A DNA stretch of 64,000 nucleotides, from contig OX597818.1 of NCBI GenBank assembly GCA_951406725.2, positions 31,310,001-31,374,000 on the forward strand. The letters are read 5' to 3'. The position numbers and the translations under genes are program-made. How positions within the stretch are numbered: the first letter of the stretch is position 1; each line of letters starts with the position of its first letter. Below are positions 12,911 to 25,890 of this stretch, piece after piece. The DNA comes from Octopus vulgaris (taxonomy: Eukaryota). The notes below the pieces were generated by a model. The model saw only the letters and a list, made by a program, of their open reading frames with translations, was not told the DNA's origin and did no database searches.

Positions 12911-13854
12911 TCGACATTACCTGTACAGTTGCACGGTGTGTCATACGTCAGATGTCGAATTTATTGCACAGCAACATGATATGCAATGCATTGCTGGAGA
13001 AAACACCGCACTACTTAGTCCAGGAATGGAAACCACGTTCTTACGATCTTGAGTACCACAGCCTAACCACTAGGCTACGCACCTCCACATAACATGTATT
13101 AATGACATATTTAATATACGTTTTCTGATATCAAGTGGAAGAGAAAATAAAAAGTTATGGCATTTACGTCTTTTTTAACGACACGCGTGGCGTAAATAAG
13201 AAAGAAACGGTTTCAACCGGGTATCGTAAGCGGATTTCTGGTTTAGATATCAGGAGATTGCTTCTTCCGTTCCCCATTGTAACGCTATCAACTAAATACC
13301 GTCAAATGTACAATATGATATACTTGTATGTATGTATGTACATATATATATGTATATATATATATATATGTATATGTATATGTATATAAATAATATATAT
13401 ATATATATATATGTGTGTGTGTAATATGATAACATATATCTATATCTATCTATCTATCTATCTATCTATATATATATATATATATAGTAGTACTAGTACA
13501 ACAATTAGGGGTGGTGAGGCCGAAATCCACACAATAAACATACCAATCTGATAGAAGAAAAAGGAAAACATTTGTTCACCGCGTACGTATTTAACATTTC
13601 CTCTCTATATTTCGTTTTCTGGCAGGCTAAATAGAGGGCATATCCCCTTGAAAATTGAGGCAAGGCATCTTTACTTCACCATCTTGATCAAAGGCATTCC
13701 TTTTTCTCCCGTTGGAAAACACACAGGAAAATGCATTCACAGATGCATACATACGAACGCACAGGTATACGTCTATGCGCGCGCACACACAAAAACATTT
13801 GTATACCGTCATATATATATATATATGTGTGTGTGTGTATATATATACACATAC

Positions 13855-13918
<64 letters not shown>

Positions 13919-14002
13919 ATATATATATATACATATATATACATATATATATATACATATATATATATATACATACATATATATATATATATATATACAT
14001 AA

Positions 14003-14142
<140 letters not shown>

Positions 14143-14464
14143 TTATACATATGCATATATATGTATGTATGTATACACATATGCGCGCACACACATGCAC
14201 ACATACACACACATATACGTTAACGACTGGGAAATTTTTATCATTATTATGGTAGCTGTTGACCCAATTAATGTTAATTCTGCTAGTATACATTTTATTA
14301 CTATTTTATTCTTCAATTCACCAAATTCTCGTTTGTTTTCTTTCGCAACATCTTCCTCACTCACTCGCTCCACTCACTCACTCACTCACCCATTCTCCCA
14401 CCACTTACACCCGTCCCTCTATTTCGTAGTCTTAGTCTCTCTCTATCTCTCGATTTCACACACG

Positions 14465-14515
<51 letters not shown>

Positions 14516-14929
14516 TAAGTTCTAACTTTGATATGTTTGACTATGTTTTCTTTGTTTTCAGCTGAGTTGTGTGGGCCTATTTGTGTGTGTGTGTGTGTGT
14601 GTGTGTGTGGATTTTTTTCATTTTGATCTTTAGAATGCAGATTAGTCACATATGGCTGACATTTGCATAGATCTCACTACAAACGTTTTGATGGAACTAC
14701 CGACTATTTCAGGCTGACATCGTGTGGAGGATCCCAGTGGGTGTAGACCTGGCAAACATGTATGAGTTTGCGCATGTATATGTATGCATATGTGTGTATA
14801 TTTGTATAAGTATACACACACACACACGTATATATATATATATATATATATATATACGTATATGCATATATGCATGCATATATGTTTGTATGTATATGTA
14901 TACACACGAAAACATATGTATGTATGAAC

Positions 14930-15420
14930 TGATTTTGGAAACTCTCCCGTCGTCTTTTCTGAAAGAACTTAAAGACAACAGACCAAGATCAAGATTTAGG
15001 AAATGGTCGGTATTTCAGCTCTATTTTACGCATGCGAATCAAGGACCCTTTACCGTCGACACAACAAGGATATATAAGCGCTATCATCAGACAAAGCTTT
15101 TGATGCTCAAGAATACATAATAGACGGCTATGGCCTTGAGAAAAATCTTAGGAAAAACCATAGAAACCATCATTAGTAAAGTTATCGCTAGATGGAAATG
15201 TCATATACACCGTATGAATAAAACTCGACTATTTTGTCAGAGCTTTAAAAATGAAATCAGCAACTACAAAACTCTCTGTTGATTCAATCTCCGAGTATCA
15301 TAGGACAAGTAGAACCAAATACACACTGAAGAAGATCAACGAATTTGGGAACCTTGGAAAACAAACATCGTATTGCAAACTCAGATGTCAAATTATCTAG
15401 AATGTTGCTGCATCACTTCA
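14930..15420 (+). pseudogene. decayed RTE-like LINE C-terminal fragment
   Basis: IETIISKVIARWKCHIHRMNKTRL (~15160-15230) resembles the RTE motif RWAGHVxRM; boundaries uncertain. Confidence 0.4.
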
Positions 15421-15696
15421 AAAAAGAGTTTGCAGAAATGGTAGCCGTGAAACTGCATCGACGAAAATTCCGTTAATTCTAACTACGTCTATCTTTGATT
15501 CTCAAGTGAAATTTATGCATACGTAAGTTTTGTTTCATGTAAGGAATGGTTCTCTCAATAATAATAAAAAATGCTGGCACAATAAATGAAAAAGGAAAAG
15601 AATAATATTCTGTAACAAAGAACAGCCAATAATGACAATATTCTTGTTTAAAACGTTATGTTTCAGAAGACACGAATGGATATATATATATATATG

Positions 15697-16115
15697 ATTT
15701 AAAATAATAAGGGTGAAAAATTGAATATTAATTTGATTAATATCAATTTAAAACCAGTGGTCTAGCATATTGAAAAATCTGAAGTTTCAGAAAAAATTAT
15801 ATTACATACATATAAGAGGGATGACCTGTAAGTGGTCATCTATTATGCTAGAAAAAGATCCGCTATGGTCTTACCACTAAGCAACGAATGTTCTCAAGAA
15901 CATGAGTAGCGGATAATTACGTAAATGATTACGTAAGCATTTAAACGAAATCTGGCTTGTGATTAATCTATATTTTGTATCTTTTCATTTGTCCTGCTCG
16001 CTTATGTTCTAGCATTTGCTAAATTTTCTTGAGAACAATCTTTTCTTAGTAGTAAGACCATAGCGGATCTTCTTCTAGCATAATGGAAGTCCACTTACAG
16101 GTCATCCCTCTTATA
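15697..16115. mobile_element. foldback element in (TA)n, related to 33880-34490
   Basis: Inverted arms ~15810-15900 and ~16026-16115 (TATAAGAGGGATGACC...); no convincing ribozyme core seen. Confidence 0.65.
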
Positions 16116-16123
16116 TATATATA

Positions 16124-16163
<40 letters not shown>

Positions 16164-16184
16164 TGTATGTATGTATGTATATGT

Positions 16185-16278
<94 letters not shown>

Positions 16279-16291
16279 CTCTCTATATATA

Positions 16292-16635
16292 TAGGCGCTG
16301 GCGTGGATGCATGGTATCTCAATCTTGCATCTCAAGCACATGGTCCCAGGTTCAGTCTCCCTGCGCGGCACCTTGGGCAATCAAGTGTTTTCTACTATAG
16401 CCTCGGGCCAACCAAAGTCTTGTGAGTGGATTAGTAGGTGGAAACTGAAAGAAGCCCGTCCTATATATGTATGTATGTGTGTGTGTGTGTGTGTGTGTTT
16501 GCGTAGAACCGATGTTGGTGTGTTTGCATCTCCATAAATTAGCGGGTCGGCAATAGAGACCAGTCGTTTCATTCGACTAAAAATTGAAAGCCGTGCTCCA
16601 GCATGGCCTCAGATGAAAGATAAAAGAAAAGAAAA
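16292..16635 (+). mobile_element. SINE family A, internally deleted
   Basis: GGTTCAGTCTCCCTGCGCGGCACCTTGGGCAA..CTACTATAGCCTCGGGCCAACC..CCAGCATGGCC. Confidence 0.8.
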
Positions 16636-16649
16636 GGATACATATGTGT

Positions 16650-17736
16650 GCCATAAAACAGTGTGTCCAATACCTAGAAACAATATATGGAATCTGCTAC
16701 TATTTGCAAGTCAATTCCTAGCAGGAAACGATCAATTCATACCAAGCAAACTGTTGAAGTTGTTAAGAAGCGAATGAACCGAAATCTTCGCAGGTGTGCA
16801 AGAAAAATTACAAAGGCTCTTGATATTTCGAAATCATCAATACACAGTATTTTTAAAGAGGATTTAAAGCTAACTACATAGAAAGAAAAAGCCAATTCCA
16901 GTAGTTAATTTCAGCAGATTCCAAGAAGAAACAGCTCGATAGGAATAAAACCACGCTGCTAACAAAGTTTTGATTTGGGCCGACGAGACGGTCTTCGCCG
17001 TGGAGGTAGTTATCAATTGGTAGATTGAAAGGCTTTATGCACTTTCTACAGGAGACTTCCCCGAAGGTAGCAGGAGTCATTTTCGCCGTCAGAAGCCAAC
17101 TTCACTCATAGTGTGGGCCTCAGTGGCATCTGATGGGTTCAAGTCTCCCTTGATCTTTATCGATGCTGACGTCAAGGTCAACAGTGACGTTTATGTGGAA
17201 ATGTTTGATGAGAACGTGTTACACTGGGTCACAGAAACCTTTGGTGGGCGTTACATCTTTACCCAAGACGGGACTCCGGCTCACACATCCAATTTGACAC
17301 AGACTTAGTGCAAAAAGTATTTCAGTGGTTTTTGGGACAAGACGATATGGCTTCTCTCAAGTTCAGACACAATCCCACGGACTTTGCTATCTGGTCCATT
17401 TTAGAGAGTAACGTTTTTGCTCGCTCCTATTCAAATCTGCCAGATCTGAAAAAAATGCCCGTCTGTCTTCATAGGTTAAATTGGATGAAGAGATGGTATG
17501 GCACTCATGCAACTCAGTGACCACTAGTTTCCAGGCTATGATCAAGGCGAAAGATGGTCATTTTAAAATGTAGTTACTGCAATGGATTGACAATTTACAT
17601 TAGATTTACAATGGATTGACTGCAATGGATTGACAATTTACATTAGAACGTATGTGCCAATTTTCATTATTCTACCTTAAAGTTAATTTTGAATAATTAA
17701 GAAATATCAATGGGCAGATCTTTCTAGGACACCTTG
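16650..17736 (+). mobile_element. maT/Bmmar1-type (DD37D) Tc1/mariner transposon, 5'-truncated, transposase disrupted
   Basis: HTH-like RMNRNLRRCARKITKALDISKSSIHSI; VWASVASDGFKSPLIF; FTQDGTPAHT to NPTDFAIW spans 37 residues after repairing a stop and a frameshift; putative right TIR CTAGGACACCTTG|TA at 17736. Confidence 0.85.
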
Positions 17737-17890
17737 TACATTTACCTGAGTTAATCCACTGCTATGCTAAGCAAACATTTGAGCCGTTGTATTTGTAGAT
17801 GATAATCACATAGATTACTAAAATATTGATGTAACTTGCAACCTGAGAAATGTTAAATCGAACACGAAATTATGAAATATTTTATGATAG

Positions 17891-18095
17891 ACGGCGGCAA
17901 ACTGACACAATCGTTAGCACGCCGGGCAATATGCTCAACGGCTTTTCACCCATCTTTACGTTCTGAATTCGAATTCTACTACGGTCAACTTTTCCTTGCA
18001 TTCCTTTCGGCGTCGATAAAATAAGTACCAGTTGAACACCGGTCTCGATGTAATCGACTTACTCCTTCCCCTAAATTACTGGCCAAAATTTGAAC
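17891..18095 (+). mobile_element. SINE family B
   Basis: CGGCGGCAAACTGACACAATCGTTAGCACGCCGGGC..CCTTTCGGCGTCGATAAAATAAGTACCAG..GATGTAATCGACTT. Confidence 0.8.
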
Positions 18096-18515
18096 ATTTC
18101 AATCTTTTATCAAATACTGTGAGGAGTCGGGTCACATGCAGGTTGTGTCTCGTGGGTGCCCTTCTGCTGACCCGTTTTAGACCCTTTCATACCGGAGACC
18201 TGCACATTTAAACCATTTGGAGATTTCATTTAGTTGGAACGCTCCTCTGTTGACTTATCTTTCTAACTCGTACTTATTATATATTATACCATAATATATA
18301 ATATAAACGAATCAGGTTTGTTAATCGCACATAAATAGCATAGACTTATCTTCGTATGAAAAGATGTATAGACAATTACTAAATTTACTATGGATTTCAC
18401 TAAAGCTATATGTGTGTCTGAATGAGTGTGTATATATATGTGTATGTATGCCTGGGCGTGTGTCTTTTGCCTATCTATCTATACATGCATACATGCATGT
18501 AGAGACATATGTGTG

Positions 18516-18590
<75 letters not shown>

Positions 18591-18597
18591 GCATATG

Positions 18598-18639
<42 letters not shown>

Positions 18640-18664
18640 CATACATACATACATACATACGTAC

Positions 18665-18719
<55 letters not shown>

Positions 18720-19305
18720 CATACATATGTACGCTCACACATCTACATTTGCTTTCACAACCTCAAAACATATGGAACACTAGTCGTAGCAGCCATATCG
18801 ATCTATCTATGAAGATTTCTATTTAAAATATGATTTTCAGGTATTCTTATGTATTTTAATTTCCTGTTTTCACCTGGTATGTAACCTCTGGGCCTACCTA
18901 TAACAACCAGCATACTGACACATGTTCCGAAACAACAGAAATATAATTGCGCACTAACACACTCACACATATATATATACACGCGCATATATGCTGCTTA
19001 AACATATTTATTACCAGGTATATACACATAACACATACTGTATGTGCGTGTGTATGTGTGTGAGGGAGAGAGAGGGAAAGAGGGAGAGTGAGAGAGAGGG
19101 AAAGAGGGAGAGTGAATGAGAGAGAGCAGGTATGTATTAGTACTTACTTTTATGTATTGGTAGGTAAATCTTAATACTTCTGAGACTGTTACCAACTGTG
19201 GTATGATTGTTTCAGAAACTGTCTGAGAGAACATGTGCAATATGGGAAGCTAATAACACAAGTGAGTTTTGCCTTCAAGTAAATATATTGTTGCATTAGT
19301 GTGAG

Positions 19306-19560
19306 GAGGCGTAGGTATTGCTGTGTGATTAACAAGTTTGCTTCGAAGCCAGGTGGCTTTGGCTTCAGTTCTACTGCGCAGTCCCTTGACGAAATATCTT
19401 CTATTATATCATCAGGTTGACTAAAGTCTCCTAAGTGAAATAGGCACTTGGAAACTGTGTGGAAGCACATCGTATATACACACATATGCGTGTGAGTGTA
19501 AACATACGTCTTTATTCTCCTCGAACCGTTTAACAACCGGTGCTGGTTTGTTTACGTCGC
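19306..19560 (+). mobile_element. SINE family A, old diverged copy
   Basis: GGCGTAGGTATTGCTGTGTG..TTCAGTTCTACTGCG..GGAAACTG..ACAACCGGTGCTGGTTTGTTTACGTC. Confidence 0.65.
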
Positions 19561-19771
19561 CGTATAGAATGGTCTTCCAGCATTGATAGTTGGAGCCTTC
19601 TAAGGGGTATAAAAAGGGAGAAGTGAGTCATTCTACTAAACTTGTCAACAACTCAGTATGAAAGAGCTAATTGAATTTTATGAACATTACAAAATATTTT
19701 TTAATGATTATCACACTTCAAATTTTTAAAATACAAAAACCGTGAAAACTAGCACATGTTTTAGCTTTATT

Positions 19772-19851
<80 letters not shown>

Positions 19852-19856
<5 letters not shown>

Positions 19857-20245
19857 AAGAATAAAAAGTTTTGAATGGTACAACAATGCACTATAATACA
19901 GAGAATGGGCTATATACCTGTTGTAATTTAGTCATCTAAAGTCTGATATGATATTTCGGAATAATATTCCTCCTTCAGACATTCTTAGATGGAGTCGCTG
20001 CTATAATCGGTTTTCTAACGGCTTTTCTTTTCTATTAAATAAAAAAACAAAAGCCGCTAGAAAACCGATTATAGCAGCGACTCCATCTAAGAATATCTGA
20101 AGAAGGAATATTATTCCGAAATATCATATCAGACTATGGATGACTAAATTACAACAGGTATATAGTCCATTGTCTGCATTATAGTGCATTGTTATATACT
20201 TTATAAACAATACACAATGCTTCAAGCGAACTACAATACTCTCCT
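19852..20245. mobile_element. foldback element in (TA)n with hammerhead-like motif
   Basis: Inverted arms 19882-20026 and 20049-20193, spacer ~22 bp; (TA)n on both sides. Confidence 0.7.
20093..20129 (+). ncRNA. minimal hammerhead ribozyme-like motif
   Basis: ATAT / CTGAAGA / A / GGAATA-T-TATTCC / GAAA / TA / TC / ATAT; stem I is weak. Confidence 0.5.
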
Positions 20246-21866
20246 ATATATATATATATACACTTCATTTTTCTATCTGGTTTGCAAGATTCCTTATGTG
20301 AATACGTGTGATTCAAACAGATTTTGTTGTGTCTAGGGAGAGTCATAGTAGTGCTTTAATATAACACACTCACCGGTTCAATTTCCACTCATTTATTTAT
20401 ATATTTAATAATTTGTACCAGAAATCTTTTTCATCTCTGCATGTGCGACCGTATTAAAAGATAGTCTCCGAGAACTATGTTAAGTGTACACGTGTCTGTG
20501 CGGTGCTCAACCACTTGCACGTTAATTTCCCGAGCAGGCTGTTCCATTGATCGGATCAACGGGCAGCCTCGTTGTCGTAATCGACAGAGTGCCATATTGG
20601 TTTTTCTATCCAGTAGTGTTAAGTTTTTCATATATCAAATACTCTAAAGTAATAAACTGCTTGAGTTTTAGGAGGTTTGTACATTTCTGTGTTGCGTATG
20701 AATCCCACTATGTCTATTATTGTTTAATTTTTCAACGAATTTCTTAACATTTTGACCTGTACGCTTTAAAATTATGGGCTACAACCTATATAAGCATTTT
20801 TATCTAGTAACTCTACACATATATATATACGCAATATAGATATGACTATTTATATAATATACTTTCATTAAATGATAGGATATAATACTTATATTAATGC
20901 ATGGGTATTTATTTCTGCTCAACTAAGAATCAGAAATGATATACATACATAGATACATAGATGCATGCATGCATACATACATACATACATACATGCATAC
21001 ATACATACATACATACATACATACATACATACATACATACATACATACATGCATAAGTACATATATATCTATATATATATATCTATATATCTTTATACAT
21101 GTATGTATATGTATATAAGAAATGGATAAAAACTATGCATGTGTGTGTGTGTTTGTGTGTATGCAGATATTTACATACATACATACATATATACATATAG
21201 GCATACATATATATATATATGTATATATGTATATGTATATAAGTAATGGATAAAAACTATGCATATGTGTGTGTGTGTGCAGATATTTAAGGGAAGATGG
21301 AAATATGGATATATACATTAATATCAGTTAGTTATAATTCTTATCTTATTTTTTTTAGTAAATTTGCTTCTGCTGAATCTTAGTAGAAGACATTTAAAAG
21401 ATTATTTATTGATGTTTTTCATAAATCCATTATATATTTATTTAGAAATGCTTCAATAATAGACGTCATCGTAGCCTCACAGATTTGGTATCATATCGGC
21501 CAGAAAAGCCTCTTAATTTATTACTAGCGCTATTTAAGTTCAATTATGACAAATGTTTTATCAATTGGAACTGCTACAGTTTGGCTATTTTGACATATAA
21601 CTTGGAAACCATTGACAAGAAAACCAGTACTATGGTAGAAATACTTGTGTAAAAGACTTACTCCTGCATTCCACCATTCAGTTTCATTTAATTTAGGGTC
21701 TGTATTCATCTCACTTTCTCTTTTCTTTAGCAGAATAAATTAATGAGTTAATGGCTTCTCCCTCTCACGGTGGATGTAATTTTAAGCAATTAACACTATG
21801 AAGGTCACTAAATCATTGTCTAGATATCATAAAAGTATTTCTTTATATCTATTTAAGTTAAGCTTC

Positions 21867-22170
21867 GGAGGCACATGGGCTAGTGGTTAGAAGCAGCGGA
21901 CTAGCGGTCGAGGGATCGTGGGTTCGAATCTCAGACCGGGCGATGTCTGTGTTTATGAGCGAAACACCTAAGCTCCACGCGGCTCCGGCAGAAAATAATG
22001 GCGAACTTCTGCTGACTCTTTCACCACAACTTTTTCTTTCTCTTTCCTCCTGCATCTAGCAGCTCACCAGCGACGGACCGGCGTCCCGTCCAGGTGGGGA
22101 ACCTATACGCCAAGGAAACCGGGAAACCGGTCCTTATGAGCCAGGCGTGGATTGAGAAGGAACAAACAAG
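21867..22170 (+). mobile_element. tRNA-headed SINE family C, tail type 1
   Basis: A box TGGGCTAGTGG, B box GGTTCGAATC; GCGACGGACCGGCGTCCCGTCCAGG; homologous to 25190-25460. Confidence 0.85.
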
Positions 22171-22220
22171 TTAAGCTTCACATTAAAAATCCCGTCAGAT
22201 TCGCCATAGTATTTTATTCT

Positions 22221-22610
22221 TCTCGGCTTCAGTCCCACTGCGCGGCACATTGGGAAAATGATTTCTACGAAAGCCAAGAGCAGCCTATTGCCTCGTGAGT
22301 AAATTTGATAGACGGAAGCTGAGTGAAAGTCAATCGCATACATGCGTGCGTGCATGTGTGTGCGTGCGTGTGTATATTCTTTGTGTGTGTTTTTAATGCC
22401 TGTGTTTGTGTTTTTCCAAAACCACCGCTTGACGACCGGTGTTGGTTAGTTCACTTCCCTATAACTAAGCAATTCAGCAAAAGAGAGCGAAATTTTGAAA
22501 AAAGCGAAAACATGTGTACTGGGGTCCCTTTCATCGACTAAAACCCGTCAAGACAGTGCCCCAGCATGGCCCCAGTCCAATAACAGAAATAAATAAATGA
22601 TAAAAGATAA
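22221..22610 (+). mobile_element. SINE family A, diverged
   Basis: TTCAGTCCCACTGCGCGGCAC..CCACCGCTTGACGACCGGTGTTGG..CCCAGCATGGCC. Confidence 0.7.
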
Positions 22611-22734
22611 CATAAGTCAATGAACATATGATGAGTACCAGACGGTACTGGAATATTTTCAATACAGTGATCCCCTTTTGTCGATTTCAATTCCCAATTC
22701 GGAGTACCTCTCTCCAATATTAATTCCCAATTTA

Positions 22735-22955
22735 AGGCAGCGAGCTGGCAGAATCGTTAGCACATCAGGCAAAATGCGTAGCGGCATTTCGTTCCGTCTT
22801 TAAACGTTCCGAGTTCGAATTCCGCCGAGCTCGACTTTGGCTTTCATCCCTTTCGGAAGTCGATGAAATAAGTACCGGTTGAGCAGTGGGGGAATCGAAC
22901 TAATCCGCATATCCTTCACTGTGAAATTGCTGCCCTTGAGCCAAAACTTGAAAGC
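22735..22955 (+). mobile_element. SINE family B
   Basis: AGGCAGCGAGCTGGCAGAATCGTTAGCAC..GAGTTCGAATTCCGCCGAGCTCGACTTTGGCTTTCATCCC. Confidence 0.85.
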
Positions 22956-23308
22956 GATATTACTTTCCAATTTGTTTTAATGAGATGCAAGAATCATTTT
23001 ATATATCAGTATGCTAAACGGGTATTTTTGAGGTCATGTACTTTATCAAAACATATTAATATTCGAGGCAGGAAGTGAGATGCATGACATGAAAATAAAC
23101 ATAAATAATTTAAAGTTGGTCACAAAAATAGGGAAAACAATTTGCTCTTTTTCTGAAATTCTTTTTTTATCAACTCCCAGATGGACATTCACATACGCAC
23201 GCACATACGAACACACACACACACTTTTCTTTCCCCTTCTCTCCTACCCTTTCTCTATCTATTACACACACACATACATACCTATATATGTATGTATATA
23301 AATACGTT

Positions 23309-23339
<31 letters not shown>

Positions 23340-24109
23340 ATGAGTGAATTGGAGAGAAAGTGTGTGTGCGTGTGTATACGTGTGTATGCATGTAAGTATA
23401 ATGGTAAACACATACACAGCTTTGTCATTGTAGGTGTATATGTCTTTGTGCATGAACATGACTGTGTGTGTATGTATGTGTGTGTGTGTATGCGTGTGCA
23501 TGCATGTGTACACATTTCTATATGCGTGTGTTCGAGTATGCTACATACTTTTATGCGTATACACAGAATACTAAATCCTACTCAATATAATTAAAAAAAA
23601 AATCAAAAACAAAAAATTAACTCCAGCTGAGATTTCCGAACGAATTACAGCAACAGGATATTTCCAATTCCTTTAGACTTCCATTTTTTTTTTTTTCAAA
23701 CTTTTCATCTCACACGTGCACAGTTGTCAAACTAAAAATGGGATTTCGTCATCCGCTAAGATGGTCATAAAAATTACCCCTGTTTTTTTTTTTTTTTTGG
23801 TCTTTTAGTCGTCTAAAATCATTAATGGGTGAAAGCTAGTGTTCTACTATATTTTTTCGTTAAACGGAAGCTGTGTTATTAAGTAACATAAGTTAATTAT
23901 AGTTGATTACAATCGAGCTGTTCATGAGCTGGATGACAAATAACTAAAACAAAATATAAATATTTTTCTGCATGGAAAAATCCTTATAAAATACATTCGT
24001 AAATATAACATGTATGTATGTATGTATGTATGTATGTATGTATGTATGTATGTATGTATGTATGTATGAATGTATGTATGTATACTAATACATCTATAAA
24101 ATTCATGTT

Positions 24110-24523
24110 CTTTCTTTTCTTTTATTCTTTTACCTGTTTCAGTCATTTGACTGCGGCCATGCTGGAGCACCGCCTTTAGTCGAGCAACTCGACCTCGAGA
24201 CTTATTCTTTTGTAAGCCCAGTACTTATTCTATCGGTCTATTTTGCCGAACCGCTAAGTAACGGGGACATAAACACACCAGCATCGGTTGTCAAGCAATG
24301 CTAGGGGACAAACACAGACACACAAATACACACTCGCATACATATATATACATATATACGACGGGCTTCTTTCAGTTTCCGTCTACCAAATCCACTCACA
24401 AGGCTTTGGTCGGCCCGAGGCTATAGTAGAAGACACTTGCCCAAGGTACCACGCAGTGGGACTGAACCCGCAACCATGTGGTTGGTAGACAAGCTACTTA
24501 CCACATAGCCACTCCTGCGCCTA
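24110..24523 (-). mobile_element. SINE family A, full length, with 30-bp target-site duplication
   Basis: Flanked by identical TATGTATACTAATACATCTATAAAATTCAT at 24077-24106 and 24524-24553. Confidence 0.92.
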
Positions 24524-24551
24524 TATGTATACTAATACATCTATAAAATTC

Positions 24552-24633
<82 letters not shown>

Positions 24634-24780
24634 ATATCTATCTATCTATACGTACATACATATACGTATGTATATGCATGAATATTCATATAAATATATA
24701 TACTTATATGTAGATGCCCCATGATAGATCGCTAGCCACTAAACATTCTTTATTTTCTCCCCTTGTTTCTTTCTGTGTTC

Positions 24781-24816
24781 CTTTCTGTGGAAGAGCGTAG
24801 GCTCGAAACGTTAAAG
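24781..24816 (+). ncRNA. hammerhead-like motif, A6U variant, inside a ~24715-24850 repeat related to 57806-57981
   Basis: CTTT / CTGTGGA / A / GAGC-GTAG-GCTC / GAAA / CG / TT / AAAG. Confidence 0.5.
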
Positions 24817-24974
24817 ACTTTTTCACTTCCCGAGCGTTATATTAATACCCCCTGTCTCTCTCTCTATACACACACACACATGTATATATGAGTTCGTGCG
24901 TGTGTGTATGTGTGGGTTCAGTTGGTTACTACCCATTAATATAACGAACTAAGAAAAATTTCTTTGACATAGTT

Positions 24975-25176
24975 TTCAAAATTTTGGGACAAGGCTGGCA
25001 AGCTGGTAGGTGAGTCGATTACAGAGTCCCTAATGCTCAACTTCTACTTTATTTATCGACCCAGGAATGATGAAAGTTAAAGTCGACCTCGTGGAGTTTG
25101 AACTCAGAGTGTAAAGACTGACGAAACACCGTTTAAGCATTTTACACAACATGCTAACAATTCTCTCAGCTCACGG
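24975..25176 (-). mobile_element. SINE family B
   Basis: TTTATCGACCCAGGAATGATGAAAG..GTCGACCTCG..TTTGAACTCAGA..GCTAACAATTCT..CAGCTC. Confidence 0.75.
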
Positions 25177-25189
25177 TCCCTTAAAACTA

Positions 25190-25460
25190 AACAATGTTTA
25201 GGGCAGCGGACTCGCGGTTTCGATTCCCAGGCCGGGCGCTGTGTGCGGTTATTGAGTGAAAACACCTAAAGTTCCACAAGGCTCCGGCAGGGGGTGGTGC
25301 GACCCCTGTTCTACTCTTTCGACCCAACTTTCTCTCACTCTTTCTTCCTGTTTCTTGAGTAACGCTGCGATGAACTGGCGTCCGTCCTGCTGGGGAGAAC
25401 ACATACGCCATAGAACCCGGGAAACCGGCCCCATGAGCTTGGGTAGGCTTGAAAAGGGTG
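25190..25460 (+). mobile_element. SINE family C, tail type 1
   Basis: GCAGCGGACTCGCGGTTTCGATTCCCAGGCCGGGCG..GCTCCGGCAG..GCGATGAACTGGCGTCCGTCC..CCGGGAAACCGGCCCCATGAGC. Confidence 0.8.
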
Positions 25461-25477
25461 CAGAAATATATATTTAT

Positions 25478-25890
25478 AGGCGTAGGAGTGGCTGTGTGGT
25501 AAGTAGGTTGCTTACTAACCACATGGTTCCGGGTTCAGTTCCATTGCGTGGCACCATGGGCAAGTGTCTTCTACTATAGCCTCGGGCCGACCGAAGCCTT
25601 GTGAGTGGATTTGGTAGACGGAAACTGAAAGAAGCCCGTCGTATATATGTGCATATATATGTATGTGCGTGTATATGTTTGTGTGTCTGTGTTTGTCCCT
25701 CCAACATCGCTCGACAACCGATGCTGGTGTGTTTACGCCCCCGTAACTTAGCGGTTCGGCATAAGAGACCGATAGAATAAGTACTAGGCTTCCAAAGAAT
25801 AAGTCCTGGGGGTCGATTTGCTCGACCAAAAGCGTTGCTCCAGCATGGCCACAGTCAAATGACCGAAACAAGTTAAAGAGTAAAAGAGTA
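25478..25890 (+). mobile_element. SINE family A, full length
   Basis: End-to-end match with the reverse complement of 24110-24523. Confidence 0.92.
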
